Source: a virus
Virus record (IMG/VR): IMGVR_UViG_3300045988_119598
Location: 1 to 29,711 of that record
DNA length: 29,711 nucleotides
Direction: 5' to 3' (one strand)
This document shows positions 17,417-28,783 of the stretch, piece by piece. The notes beneath the pieces were generated by a model. The model saw nothing but the letters and a program-made list of their open reading frames with translations. It ran no database searches and was not told the origin of the DNA. Every line of letters starts with the position of its first letter. The first letter of the stretch is position 1. Both the position numbers and the translations under genes were made by a program.

Positions 17417-17941
17417 TTAAGCACCTACAACGCTTTGGATAGCTTCTGCAGATAACTCATAAGGATAAGAATCTGAATCTGTTGAAAGTGTCAGAGTATA
17501 AGCATTCTGATCACCTTTAGCAGTACCAGTAACACCCGTACCAGCGGAAGCGCTTACATAATCATCTTTACCTAAGAACCAATACTTACCATTACTGTCT
17601 TCAACAACAACTGCAAGCTGACCAATAGATAAAGCTGCAATCTCTACTCGTTTTGCTGTCTCCATCTTAGTAAATACAAGAGCAAGCTCATTACTTACAT
17701 AATTAACACCAGCACTTTCATCTACATTTAAAGTTGAGGTTAGAGAACCAGTAGCCTTTCTAAATTGATAATTATACCATTTAGCAGAAGCTTCAAGAGT
17801 AATAGCCGAAATCATATTACTATCAGGATCAACCGTTACACTCTTAACATCTGAATACTGAGTAATCCAAACCTGTTTGATACCACCTAATGAAGGTTGG
17901 CAATCAAGTGTGATTCCTGCAATAGTTATTAAACAAGCCAT
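17417..17941 (-). CDS. Abundant virion protein, possibly major tail (tube) protein (174 aa)
   Basis: It lies directly after the capsid gene and before a strong terminator. The pattern CQPSLGGIKQVWI ... VVVEDSNGKYWFLG resembles tail-tube proteins by eye only. No TGA (3 Trp, all TGG). Confidence 0.45.
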   Translation of the reverse strand: MACLITIAGITLDCQPSLGGIKQVWITQYSDVKSVTVDPDSNMISAITLEASAKWYNYQFRKATGSLTSTLNVDESAGVNYVSNELALVFTKMETAKRVEIAALSIGQLAVVVEDSNGKYWFLGKDDYVSASAGTGVTGTAKGDQNAYTLTLSTDSDSYPYELSAEAIQSVVGA

Positions 17942-17980
17942 ATTTCAATTTATTTTAAAAGTTAATAAAATCTATTGAAA

Positions 17981-18886
17981 TTAAGCCTTAGCGCCTAATA
18001 CTACTTCATCAGGGAATGCAACTTGTACACCAGCGTTAAATTCAATAGCTAATCTGAACTCGCGGAAATCCTGTGAATACCACAATTCAAATTTCTCCTC
18101 ATCATTTACCATATCTACTCCATAGAAGAAGTTCTTATCAAGCTGACCAGCTACGATCTTGTCAGTTCCATTAAGACCATTAACAGCAATTACTTTAACC
18201 TGTGAACCAGGAAGATAAATTTCACCATTAAGATTCTCACCACTATAATGATAGTAGTTCTTTGCAACTAATTCATTAACGAACTTACGGAAAGTATCAG
18301 CACCTACAAGGATAGAAGCACCTTCCAGAACCTTCTCAGGAATAGCGTTATAAACTGCCATAATGTCATCATAAGCAGATGCACCAGTAATTACTACATC
18401 AACTGTACCAGCATCATTTTTTAAGATCTTTAACAGACCATCAAAGTACTTCAGGTTATTAGTAACAGAAGTAGTATCACCCTGCCAGATTGCAATCTCT
18501 ACAGCTTCTTTTACATTCTCAACAACAGCACTTACAAAATCCTCTTCAAAAGGAAGAGTCTTCTGACCAGCAGCTACTCGAATCTGATACTGAGTCCAAT
18601 ATTTAAGCATAGCTTTATCGCAATATGCCATATTGATCTTAATATTACCAGTCTTAAGGATTCTCTGAGAAAGAGTCTGAGTTCCAGCCTCATCCCAACC
18701 ACAAGTAAGACCATCACCAAACTGAACATCAGTCGATAACAAGTTAAGAGCAGCATCAGTTTTAATATCTGATTGAAGATTGAACAAACTTGCACTCTTA
18801 GCTTTTAAAACAGCCTCTTTAATAAGAGGAAGACGTCTTTGCTCCACATAAGCAGGAAGCGTTGCCATTACAGGACTATTTGCCAT
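17981..18886 (-). CDS. Major capsid protein (301 aa)
   Basis: Position after the protease and scaffold genes, size, and composition. No TGA (4 Trp, all TGG). The family call is by context, not by search. Confidence 0.65.
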   Translation of the reverse strand: MANSPVMATLPAYVEQRRLPLIKEAVLKAKSASLFNLQSDIKTDAALNLLSTDVQFGDGLTCGWDEAGTQTLSQRILKTGNIKINMAYCDKAMLKYWTQYQIRVAAGQKTLPFEEDFVSAVVENVKEAVEIAIWQGDTTSVTNNLKYFDGLLKILKNDAGTVDVVITGASAYDDIMAVYNAIPEKVLEGASILVGADTFRKFVNELVAKNYYHYSGENLNGEIYLPGSQVKVIAVNGLNGTDKIVAGQLDKNFFYGVDMVNDEEKFELWYSQDFREFRLAIEFNAGVQVAFPDEVVLGAKA

Positions 18887-18907
18887 AATTATTTAAAGTT
18901 TTATAAA

Positions 18908-19522
18908 TTAACCAATAAAGTTTTTAAGCTTTCTATCTATCTCTGCTATTCCACTTATGGAAGCAGTTGTCTTATTTTCAAGTGTTTCTTCTGCTGAAAA
19001 AGCAGCACTCATCTTACTCATTTTTTCTACAGTTTTTTCAGTAGCTTCTGACTTTCCTTCAAGTTCAGCTACCTTCTTAACAAGCTTATCTACAATATCA
19101 TAAAGCTCATTAATTTCGCGATGAATAGCGTCGATTGCATCAGTCTCAGTTTCTTTAACACCATCTGTTTCAACAGCAGGATCAGCAACTTCCTCAGCCT
19201 TTACTCTCTTAGTTCCACAAGCAGCATCAACCTCAACAGTTTTCATACCTTCATCTGGATCAACTTCAGCTTTTGGATCAGTAATGGACTCTACTTTACC
19301 GTCTTTAACAACAATAGTTTTGCCATCTTCGGTAACATACTCACCATCAGCAGCAGGTGCATATTCGCCAGTATCAGTATCCATTGTATATACACTCATA
19401 CCTGCCCTTAGATCCTCATCCTCACTACCATCGTAAGTTAGAACTCCAGCACTAGTCTTAACATCGTTAAATTTTGCTAAGAGTTTACTAAGTTCGATTC
19501 TCAGTTTAGTTAATTTGTTCAT
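18908..19522 (-). CDS. Scaffolding-like protein (204 aa)
   Basis: Acidic, coiled-coil-rich and Trp-free, immediately upstream of the capsid gene. Confidence 0.5.
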   Translation of the reverse strand: MNKLTKLRIELSKLLAKFNDVKTSAGVLTYDGSEDEDLRAGMSVYTMDTDTGEYAPAADGEYVTEDGKTIVVKDGKVESITDPKAEVDPDEGMKTVEVDAACGTKRVKAEEVADPAVETDGVKETETDAIDAIHREINELYDIVDKLVKKVAELEGKSEATEKTVEKMSKMSAAFSAEETLENKTTASISGIAEIDRKLKNFIG

Positions 19523-20117
19523 ACTTAAATTTAAAATTTTTATGATAGTTTTGTTTATTTTTGCAACATTTTATAATAGCACTATGATCAAAATTTCCGT
19601 TTCTTTCAGCGTCCATAGCAGATTTCCAAGTGCATATATAAGTATCATTAATATCTGTCATAATTATACGTTTACTTACTTTTTCTTTCTGCTGTTCAGT
19701 TTGTTTAGTTCCTAATCTACATTCTCTTAACTTTAATTTTGTTTCATCCTTTAATACTCTTCCAGACTGTTTTAAAGACATTTTGTGTTTAGATTCTTCA
19801 CTGTGTTTAAATCCAGTATTAGAACCTCCACCTTCATTTAAATTATAACCATTATTTAATGTATCAAATAACTGAATATATTTAATTTCTGCATTATTTA
19901 GTTGTCTTTTCAATAATTCTGTAGAAGAACAACAAAAGATTTGAAGAATTTCCCATTTAAAGTTATTGAATTCATATTTCCTAATCGCTCTATGAAAATA
20001 TGTAAGATTAGAACTGTATTTATGTTCATTCTTTCTTCTCAAGAAATTATTTGTTTGTCCTACATATTTATTGCCATTTATAAGATTTGTTGCTAGATAT
20101 ATAACTCCACTATACAT
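19506..20117 (-). CDS. GIY-YIG homing endonuclease (203 aa; no TGA)
   Basis: GVIYLATNLINGNKYVGQT ... RKNEHKY ... GYNLNEGG. Clear paralogue of 10861..11526 (shared FCCS(S/T)..LL...L..AE..YI.LF). Inserted between the protease and scaffold genes. Confidence 0.85.
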   Translation of the reverse strand: MYSGVIYLATNLINGNKYVGQTNNFLRRKNEHKYSSNLTYFHRAIRKYEFNNFKWEILQIFCCSSTELLKRQLNNAEIKYIQLFDTLNNGYNLNEGGGSNTGFKHSEESKHKMSLKQSGRVLKDETKLKLRECRLGTKQTEQQKEKVSKRIIMTDINDTYICTWKSAMDAERNGNFDHSAIIKCCKNKQNYHKNFKFKYEQIN

Positions 20118-20118
20118 T

Positions 20119-20709
20119 CTATTTAACTCTTTTTATCTTCTTAATCATATTAAGGATCTCTTTTATTTCGTCATATTCATCAGACTTTCTCTCTAAAGTA
20201 AATAAACCTTCAATAGAGAATCCTTTAAACTTGCCAGCTTTAATTGCATCCCATATAACAGGATTATTTACTTTATAAGTAGCAAATAATGAACCATCTG
20301 GACAATCAGCAAATTCAACTGGATTAATTCCTCTATCTATATCTTTAATATATAGTTCTTGAAGAATTATTCCAGGAATTACTGAATCTTCCAAATGTTC
20401 AATATTTACATCAGTAGTTCTCTTATCATACATCATTTTTTCAGCCATTAAACGGAGAGTTTCTTTATTATATTGAATATAGTATTCTCCATTTTTACTA
20501 TCTCGTCTAAAAATAGGTGTGTCACATACCATTAAACAAGAAGTAACTATATGTTTTTCTTCATCCATCGAGAACTTCTGAGATTCCCCAAAAGCAAGCC
20601 AATTAACTTGGGTTGCAGGTTTACTGGTCAATGCTACAAATTCTATTCCATCACAATCATCAGCAATAATTGCTTGATATAATGGAAGATCATTATACAT
20701 TTTTTCCAT
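20119..20709 (-). CDS. Prohead protease, XkdF-like (196 aa)
   Basis: TDVNIEHLED ... GSLFATYKVNNPVIWDAIKAGKFKGFSIEG matches the XkdF-type pattern (D.NH ... W..vk.G...GfSieG) by eye. TAG stop. Confidence 0.6.
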   Translation of the reverse strand: MEKMYNDLPLYQAIIADDCDGIEFVALTSKPATQVNWLAFGESQKFSMDEEKHIVTSCLMVCDTPIFRRDSKNGEYYIQYNKETLRLMAEKMMYDKRTTDVNIEHLEDSVIPGIILQELYIKDIDRGINPVEFADCPDGSLFATYKVNNPVIWDAIKAGKFKGFSIEGLFTLERKSDEYDEIKEILNMIKKIKRVK

Positions 20710-20787
20710 TTTTATTAATATATAAGCTATTTTAAAAATGTAATATTGTTACAATCTTTTATTTTTATATATTTATATACTACCAAA

Positions 20788-20836
20788 TGTCAAGTTTTTT
20801 ACTCAAATTTGTATCTAAGATAAATAAATTTTGACA
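20788..20836 (+). repeat. Dispersed intergenic element, copy 3 (49 bp)
   Basis: TGTCAAGTTTTTTACTCA 20788-20805 ... TTGACA 20831-20836. It lies upstream (minus sense) of the head-morphogenesis genes. Confidence 0.9.
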
Positions 20837-20888
20837 TAGCACTACTATATAAGCACTGATAATCAGCAACTTACATAGTAGTGTGTCA
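20832..20888 (-). terminator. Long imperfect hairpin after the tape-measure-like gene
   Basis: TGACA-tag-CACTACTAT ... ATAGTAGTG-TGTCA: a 9-bp plus 5-bp stem with a 26-nt loop that contains its own CTGA/TCAG mini-stem. It overlaps the right arm of element copy 3. Confidence 0.4.
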
Positions 20889-20901
20889 GAAATTTTACTC
20901 A
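20884..20901 (+). repeat. Degenerate extra copy of the 18-mer (14/18)
   Basis: TGTCAGAAATTTTACTCA versus TGTCAAGTTTTTTACTCA. It starts 2 nt from the stop at 20904-20906. Confidence 0.6.
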
Positions 20902-20903
20902 CT

Positions 20904-23237
20904 TTAGAAACTTGCATTTGATTCTGTAACTGCAACTTTAGTTTGAACACTGGTAATATCACTCTCAACTACATAACATTTAACAGGTTGATTCAATTCA
21001 TCAGTCTCTTTATTGCCAAGTAAGTTTCGAGTATATTCTACAGGAGCAGTATTTAAAGCAGCAGGAGCAGTAGTTCCTGCATCACTTCCAGAACCTCCAG
21101 ATGAAGGAAGCTGCTCATTCTGGATAGCCTTAACATTAGCAAGACCTGCAATAACTGCTGTAGCTGCTGCAATAGGTGCCAGAATAGGACCTACAAAAGG
21201 TATACCTACCATAGCTTTATATGCACCTTGGGCAGAACTGATAGTATCAATAATAGCTTGAGTAGTAGCTAATGCTTTATACACTTTAAATGATTTCTCC
21301 CTCTGTTTCTCAGATTTTTTATCATCACTAGCTTCTTGTTTAAATACATTAGCTAAAGCTCCACTTAAAGAAGAAGCTACATTCATAGTAGCTTGAATAG
21401 CTTGCTGCTTTTTAGCTTGTCTATCTTTAAATGCTTGCAGATCTGCTTCTCCTCTTGCATTAGCTGCTTCTGATAAAGCTATATCATTAGCATCCTGTTG
21501 CAATTTAATAGCTTGAGATTGATTAGCATATTCTTGTTCTGTTATTAACTTATTGTTATATTGCTCATCTAAGATAGCTTGCTGTTGAGACATCAATTCA
21601 TTTTCTCTTGTAATCCTATCTTTAGTAAGATTATATAACTCTTTATTATAATCTACTGTAGCTTGATATTGCTTTTGAACATCTTTTCCAGATTGATAGA
21701 AATCCGTTGAACCAAATTGTTGAACTCTAGTTTCATAACTTCCAGATTTACCTGCAGATAATGCAGCCTCTTTATTTGCAAATAATTGAGATTCCCTATC
21801 TTGCATTTCTTGTAATGCAGATAATCTGTTTTCTAAGTCTTCCCTATAACTTTCATTATTATTATCTAACCACTCTTTATTATATGCATCATTTATTTGC
21901 TTTAATCTCTTTCTATATTCCTCAACTGTTATAAGCTCTTTATCTTTAGCTGTTTTAAGAGCATCTAATTGATTTTGATATTTGGTATTTAATTCATCTA
22001 ACTCTCTAGCTTCATCATCTAATAGCAGTTTTCTATTCTCTTCATAGAAATCATTGATAACCTTCAGTAAATCAGCGTTACGTTTCTTTGCATCTTCAAT
22101 ATTCTTTAGATAGTTAGCCTTAGCCTCTTCTCTGGCTTTACGCTCTGCAGAGATTTCCATCAGTTTAGTCTTTTCATAAGCTTCAGCAGATTTTTGCATC
22201 AAATCATTTCGCTTCTCAAGATAAGTGTTATAAATACCAGAAGCTTTATCATAAGCTGCTTTTTGATCATCATTTAACTTACTTAAAAAGAAATCAACTT
22301 CATTTGAGCTAGTCTTTAATCTTCATTGTATAGCTTGTGAATACTCCTCCCAAGTGTCATATCCAGATTTCTTAAACTCTTTTCTGAAGTATTTATTACT
22401 CTTAAGTATATCTGTAAATGAATCATTATATGCTTTAGTTACACTTCCAAATTGCTGGAATAATTTAGCATCTAATTCACCTAATGCTTGAGCATAATCC
22501 TTTCAGATTTGTATTTCATTCTTTTTACCTTCAGCTAAATCTCTTTCTCTCTGTCTTTCTAATTCTGCAATTTCTGTATTAGCTTGTGCATAGTTAGTTC
22601 CTCATTGGTCTGTTATATCTTTTAAACCAGAAATACTAATTTCTAAATCATCAATTCCTGATGCTGCTTTAATTGCAAAATCTATTAACATACCAAGAGC
22701 TACAACTAAAGCTCCAATTCCTGTAGATATAATTGCAGACCGTAGCACACCCATTGCTACAGATAATCCTCCAGTTGCAGCCGTAGCACCACCCATTGCT
22801 ACAGATAAGGCTTTAAATGATTTTACTCCATTAAGAATACCTTCACCTAAACCTTTTAATCCTCCAATTCCTTGAACTATAGCAATTGCTGCTTGCAATT
22901 TAACCATAGTTTTTTGAAGATTCTCTGTATCTTTTCCAAATAAAGTGAATGCTGCACTAACAGCTGAAACTCCTCCAGCTAAACCTCCTGCTACTTGATT
23001 GATACTGTCAAACGCCTTAACTGCATTTACAGTTTTACCTTGCATAGATTCTGTAGCAACACCTAACTTATTTTGAACATTAACAAGTTCTTCAAGTTTT
23101 TTAGTATAGTCAGTACTACCAATCTCAAGATCTTCCAGTTCAGCCGTCAAGCCAGCTACTTCTTCTCGTAGCTGCTTGATCGACTTTGAACTAGTTTTAG
23201 TATCTATACTAATTACTTTTTTAATTTCTTCAGCCAT
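20904..23237 (-). CDS. Tape-measure-like / internal virion protein (777 aa; three in-frame TGA)
   Basis: Track ORFs 22602..23237 and 20904..22202 share a frame. The gap is open except for TGAs at 22602-22604, 22503-22505 and 22323-22325. It has Gly/Ala-rich hydrophobic segments plus long coiled coils. TAA stop. Confidence 0.65.
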
Positions 23238-23238
23238 A

Positions 23239-26200
23239 TTAGTTTATAGTTACATTTTTAACAGTATCTTCTGTTAGTGTTAAATTCTCTGTATATTTAA
23301 CTGTTCCTGTAGGTCCATCAGTCACTTCGAATTTAAACTGAACACCTTTTTGAGCATATATTCTATAATTTCCATTATCCCGCATATAAGCCACATTCAA
23401 GAAGTTATCGTTTTCTGTAAGTATCTGATTTACCCCAGTTGGTATAGTGCCACTTGGAGTTTCTAATTTGCCTGTAATAAGAACAGCTTTATTTGGATCT
23501 GGAGTTTGAGTAAACATACATTTAGGACCATCTATGCCTCCTTGTTTATAAAGACTAAAGTAGAAACTTCTTTGGTCATATTTAGTATTCTCATTATAAG
23601 TAACTGTTAATTCTGTTTCTCCAGGTTGCCCAGATTCAGGTGTAATGCTTACAATTTCATTTGGACTATATCATCCTAATTCCCAAGGAATATTAGAAGT
23701 AACTGTAATCTTTTTAGTTCCAGCTTTATAATCTACAACTGGATCTGAATCGTCAAATGATATATACTCACCTAAATTTTGAATTCCAGCTAAATAACTA
23801 TTAATATCTTGAACTTTAATAAATTCACATCTAACAGTAGAATCTGAATTAATATCATAAGCATCTATCTTATTAAGTACCCAGTATGAATCTTCAAAAT
23901 AATAGAATTGTCTAAGTAAATCATATTTAACATCTAAATCATCTAATCTTACAAAGCAGGTGACTTTTTTAGTATTTACATCAAATTGATCATTATAAAA
24001 TTTACTCCAGAATTGGTGATATAAAGTAGATGTCTCAGTATATGTTATATCATCAATATATATCTCTTTAGGTAATCCAAAATCTCAAGAAGATATAACA
24101 TTATAGTCTGATAACATATATCTGGTAAACTGAGGTAATGAAGTCTTCTTTATTGCAATCTTCTTACCAGCTATGTCCCTCTCACTATTAGTATATAAAT
24201 AGCACATCTTCTGATCATTTAATACATTCATTTCTAGAAGATCATCTGTAATCCAGTAGTTTATAGGGTTTCCATCAACATCATTTAATGAAATATTACC
24301 ATTATAAAATACTAAGGATGATGTAATATCCTCTAATGTTTCCTCGTCTCCATCTACAGAAAAGAACATATTTTTAGCAAATATATCATTGCCAGGAATC
24401 TTATATCATTCTGTAGTCTTACTTGGATCTATAAAGTTAACTCCATATAAATCCTGACTTCCAGATTTGATATCAGATGCTAAACCACTAAATAGATTAT
24501 ATGTGATATTATCATTCATAAATGCAGGAACATAAGAACCAGTTGAATTATAGAAATTCCTGTAATACTTACTTCTCCATCTAGCTGAGATGATGTTATC
24601 ATAGATATTATCACTATATAAATCAGTAGTTTCTGAATTAAAGTTATAACCAGTATTTAATCTTTGCTGTCCATATAATTGACTATAATCTTTATTGTAT
24701 TTCTTATAATAATAAGTCTCTGGACCTTCAGAACTCATCTTATAGAATTTCTTATCAAATAATATTGGATTTACATTGAAATCTTTAGAATAGTCTATTC
24801 TCTTACTCCAATCTGAAATTATATTCTTAAAAAAGTTATTTCTAGTATATATTCTAATTGTTTTACTGTCAATATCTTTTGTAAAATACAATCCAAATAG
24901 TTTTGCATAGCTTAGAAGATAATCAGCAGGAGATTGTTCTGTCTTTAATAATAAACTCTTAGTTAATAGAGCATTACTCTGTAATGTGTCTGTAGATATT
25001 ATAAACTCAATAGGAGATGTAAAACTAACTGATATGTTTCCTTTTGGAATAGTTGAAAAGTCTTCACCTCTCTCGTATGTTTCACTTAATAATCCAGTAG
25101 GAGATACTGTATTACCTGTATCCCATATAACATTCAGTTTAATCTTTATATAATCAATCGGAATCTTGAAATCATCAATATTAATATGAAAGAGATTAGT
25201 CTTGGAATTTACATCATAAAATTGTCCGTTCTCAAAATATCCAAAGTGATTCACTCCATCACTTATAGGATTAGAATAATTTCCACTATTAGTAAATCTA
25301 TGAATCTCTGAAGTATATATAACTTGATCATATGTATTAGTTATAGATAACCATACATTAGCATATCCTTTATATGCTGAATAAAAAGGAGGTACTGATG
25401 AACTAAAATACCTTCTAAATCCGAAGTAATATCTATTAGCTATATTTCCAGCTGTCCTACTAAAATTCAAATTAAAGGAGAATGTTGTAGAGAGGCTCCT
25501 TCTAAATCCAGCTTCAGTCAAATCAATAACTCCAGATGAATATTTAATAGTAGAAGATGTTATATCCAACTGTAAAGGACTTAAAACAAACCCTTGATAA
25601 TTAATACCAACATCATAGTTATATGTTCCATCTTTAACTAGAATTCCAGATTCCGCAGTAGATTCAGCATCTCCAACTAAATTAGACAATAGAGGAAGAG
25701 CTATGAATGACTTACTCCAATAAGGATTAGAATTATTAAAGAAACTATCATCAAATATCACATCATATCCAGAATTCTCCTTTCTACAGATCGTTTCTAT
25801 TAACTTACTTAATTTTAAAGCTGGCCTTTGCATATAACTTCTAAGATCTCTTATCTCCCATTCTGTATATGCTCTATTTAAATTAGCTAATCCGTATCCA
25901 TTATATGGAGTATACGTAGTCCCTGATTCAGTTATAGATTTTGGAAATAAACTATCTCCATTAGTATTTATTAGACAAGTCTCATTATCAAAATCTTCAG
26001 GTAATCCATTATATGAAGGTATAAATGTTATATAGTCATATATCTGACTTCCATCTATAGACTTATTTCAATCAAAACAAGTATTTACAAAGTCCTTATT
26101 AATAGAGAAATTCATCTCCTTCTCAGAAGGTAATACATTCCCATCTTCATCTGTTATGAAGTACTGCAATTCCGATAATGTTCTAATAGTGCCATCTTCT

Positions 26201-26598
26201 TTATATTTAAGTCCATAGAAGAAATCTCCTAATCCTCCATATAAAGTAATATTATAAGTAATGACAGCTTGTTTTATAGATATGCTATTTAATTGCATAT
26301 ATCCAGATTCAACTAAATAGCCATTATTATAAATTCCAAAATCAACTCGTTTTGAAGGATCAAAATATACTCCAGAGAAATTACCTTCTTTTATATGGAG
26401 AAATCTATCTAATTTATAAATCTCTCCAAAAATCTTATTATTGTTTTTGTCTCCTGGAATGCTTATAGTCTTACTGAATGAATTTTTTACTATTGTTGGA
26501 TTCTGAAAATCTTCTACAGTATAAGTCATTGGTAACGATATGCCTTCAGAACAATGTACTTCTTTTCCTGCAATAAATAATTTAATATTCTTTCTCAT
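23239..26598 (-). CDS. Large tail/baseplate structural protein (1119 aa; four in-frame TGA)
   Basis: Track ORFs 26068..26598, 24406..25833, 24085..24369 and 23239..23517 are all in one frame. They are joined by TGAs at 26068-26070, 24406-24408, 24085-24087 and 23671-23673, with open codons between. TAA 23239-23241. Confidence 0.7.
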
Positions 26599-26600
26599 AA

Positions 26601-28781
26601 TTATTTACGATAAGTAGCTTGAGAAGCTTCCACATTAATTGTATAATAGAACTTGTTTTTACCTTGATTAGTATAAGTTTTATATTCGCAATTTGTATCA
26701 GTAATCAATACTGGAGTAATAGTATTATCTTTAAGATTATGCAAATATACTTTAGTACTTTCAATTAAATTAAACATCTTAGAAGCTTGAATATCATTTA
26801 AATAACCAGTATAAAGAATCCAGCTTGAAGTTATAGTATTTAAATACTTATTCCTTGCAAATTCTTGAGATGTATTTAATACTTTGCGAGTATATGTTTC
26901 AGATTTAATCTCATCAGTCTTTCTAACATTACCCTCAACAAGTAATGAATCCCATCCTCCTGCTGAATTAGTATAATATAATACATAACCTTTACCTGTG
27001 GTATCTATATCATATCTAATCTGTCTATCACTAATATTTCCGTCTTCTACAAATCCTACTATTAAATAGCTCCCACAAGGCCATAGTTTATTGCTTAAAT
27101 CTTCTGTATATGTATATCCATTAATTCCAGAATTTAAACTAATATCCATAGCAGTTTGTACTCCATCTACATAAAAAAATCTATTAATTACTCCAGTTCC
27201 AGTTGGTAGAATTCAACTTGATACTAAATATTGTCTTGGATCAACTAAACCAGTAATAGGATCACTTAACATAGTACCTTTAGTCAAATCTCTATCTTTA
27301 TAACTCCAATCATTGAAAAAAGTAATTGGTTTTTCATTTCCAGATGATGTTATTAATGTAAATGGTTTTAAATATTCTGGAGATACTATTGTCTTTGAAG
27401 TATTAAATATAATTCCATTAGATAGATAATTTTCAGCAACATTATTTAATAAAAACTCTACTCTATCAGTTTCTGGATATTTATAAGCTTTGCCAGCATA
27501 TACCATATCCCCTGCATAATCTAAATGATATTCAATAAAATCTGAACTGGTTATCTCATTCCAAACATAATCTTTCCAAATTGGAGATATATCAGACTTA
27601 ACTGATTGGATAATATTAATAGATAAATTAATAATACTTGAACTATTCTTTATAACAGATACTCCAATAGTTGCTTTTCTGGAAGATAATCCAGAATTTT
27701 CTGCAATATTTAAGCTAATAGTTGCTACACCTTGAGAATTTACAGATAACTTCTGTCCACTAATCCAACCTACAGGAATGCTAAATACAACATCATCTAA
27801 GTTATTAGAACCTGTTCCCATAATATTTAATGTAGATGCAGTCCAATTTACTTCATAATTAGTATTAGGAATCACCAAAGAAGTTGCAGCTTGTTTAATT
27901 GGAACTGTAGCTTCAAGGTTATAACCCCCAGAAGTTGTTGCAGTAACCATTGCACTAAACTCCAAATTATTAGTAGTTTTATTCTCTGGAACAGTTAATA
28001 CAAAATAGTTATCAACACTATCCTTTTTAATATTACTAGCTTGAGGACAGGTAACATTAAATGAAGTAATAGTTTCTTCTGCTTTAGTTGTACTTAAATG
28101 AAATTCTTCAGTAACAAAAGCAGCTGCTCCATAAGTTCCAGAAGAAGGAGTTACTACCAATTTTAAATCTTCAGGAGTATTACTCTTTTCAATCTTAAAG
28201 TCATAACTATAACTAATAAGTTTATTAGTATCATAATAAGCCCCTAATTGGATAGTTGCAGTTAAATTAGTATTTCATTGAGTATTAGCTCTTACTGTAA
28301 CTTTAAACTTAATAGAGCAAGAATCTCAATCCAGAACTTCCATATTAACTAAAGCTGTAGCATTAACAACTGCTGCATCTCATTTAATAATATCTGATCT
28401 ATTTAATATATACTCTACTGTATATTCTCCACCAGTATTTGGTACTTTAATGGTGCCATTAGCAGGATAATATCCAGGAGCTTTACTATGTAAATTAATT
28501 GGTAAATCTTCCCCTAATAAAGCAGTAGTAATACCTCTAGGATAAAAATGAAATACAGTAGAAGAATCAGTAGTTATTGTTGTAGGAGATAAAAATTGTA
28601 TTGTACATCCTTCTTTACTTGGATCCTGTATAGTTACATTTAAAGGCCCTTCTTCAGTATAATCATCTCCCCAAGTCCAATAATCATATTCTCCAGTAAT
28701 TCCCCATCCAGGATTATTCCATTTAACAGGAAAACTCCTTGATGCATTATATATTCCTAATTTACTTGGTATAAATGCCAT
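26601..28781 (-). CDS. Large tail structural protein (726 aa; four in-frame TGA)
   Basis: Track ORFs 28380..28781, 27213..28160 (which has a TTG pseudo-start) and 26601..27149 share one frame. TGAs lie at 28380-28382, 28326-28328, 28275-28277 and 27213-27215. TAA 26601-26603. Confidence 0.7.
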
Positions 28782-28783
28782 TT

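Noticed and set aside
18574-19715. Track ORFs 18574..18795 (-), 19121..19411 (+) and 19515..19715 (+)
   Set aside because: They are an alternative frame of the capsid gene and antisense frames of the scaffold and GIY-YIG genes, with no independent support.
20780-21261. Track ORFs 20780..20968 (-) and 21013..21261 (+)
   Set aside because: The first runs out of frame through the end of the tape-measure-like gene and across the intergenic repeat element. The second is antisense to the Gly/Ala-rich part of the same gene.
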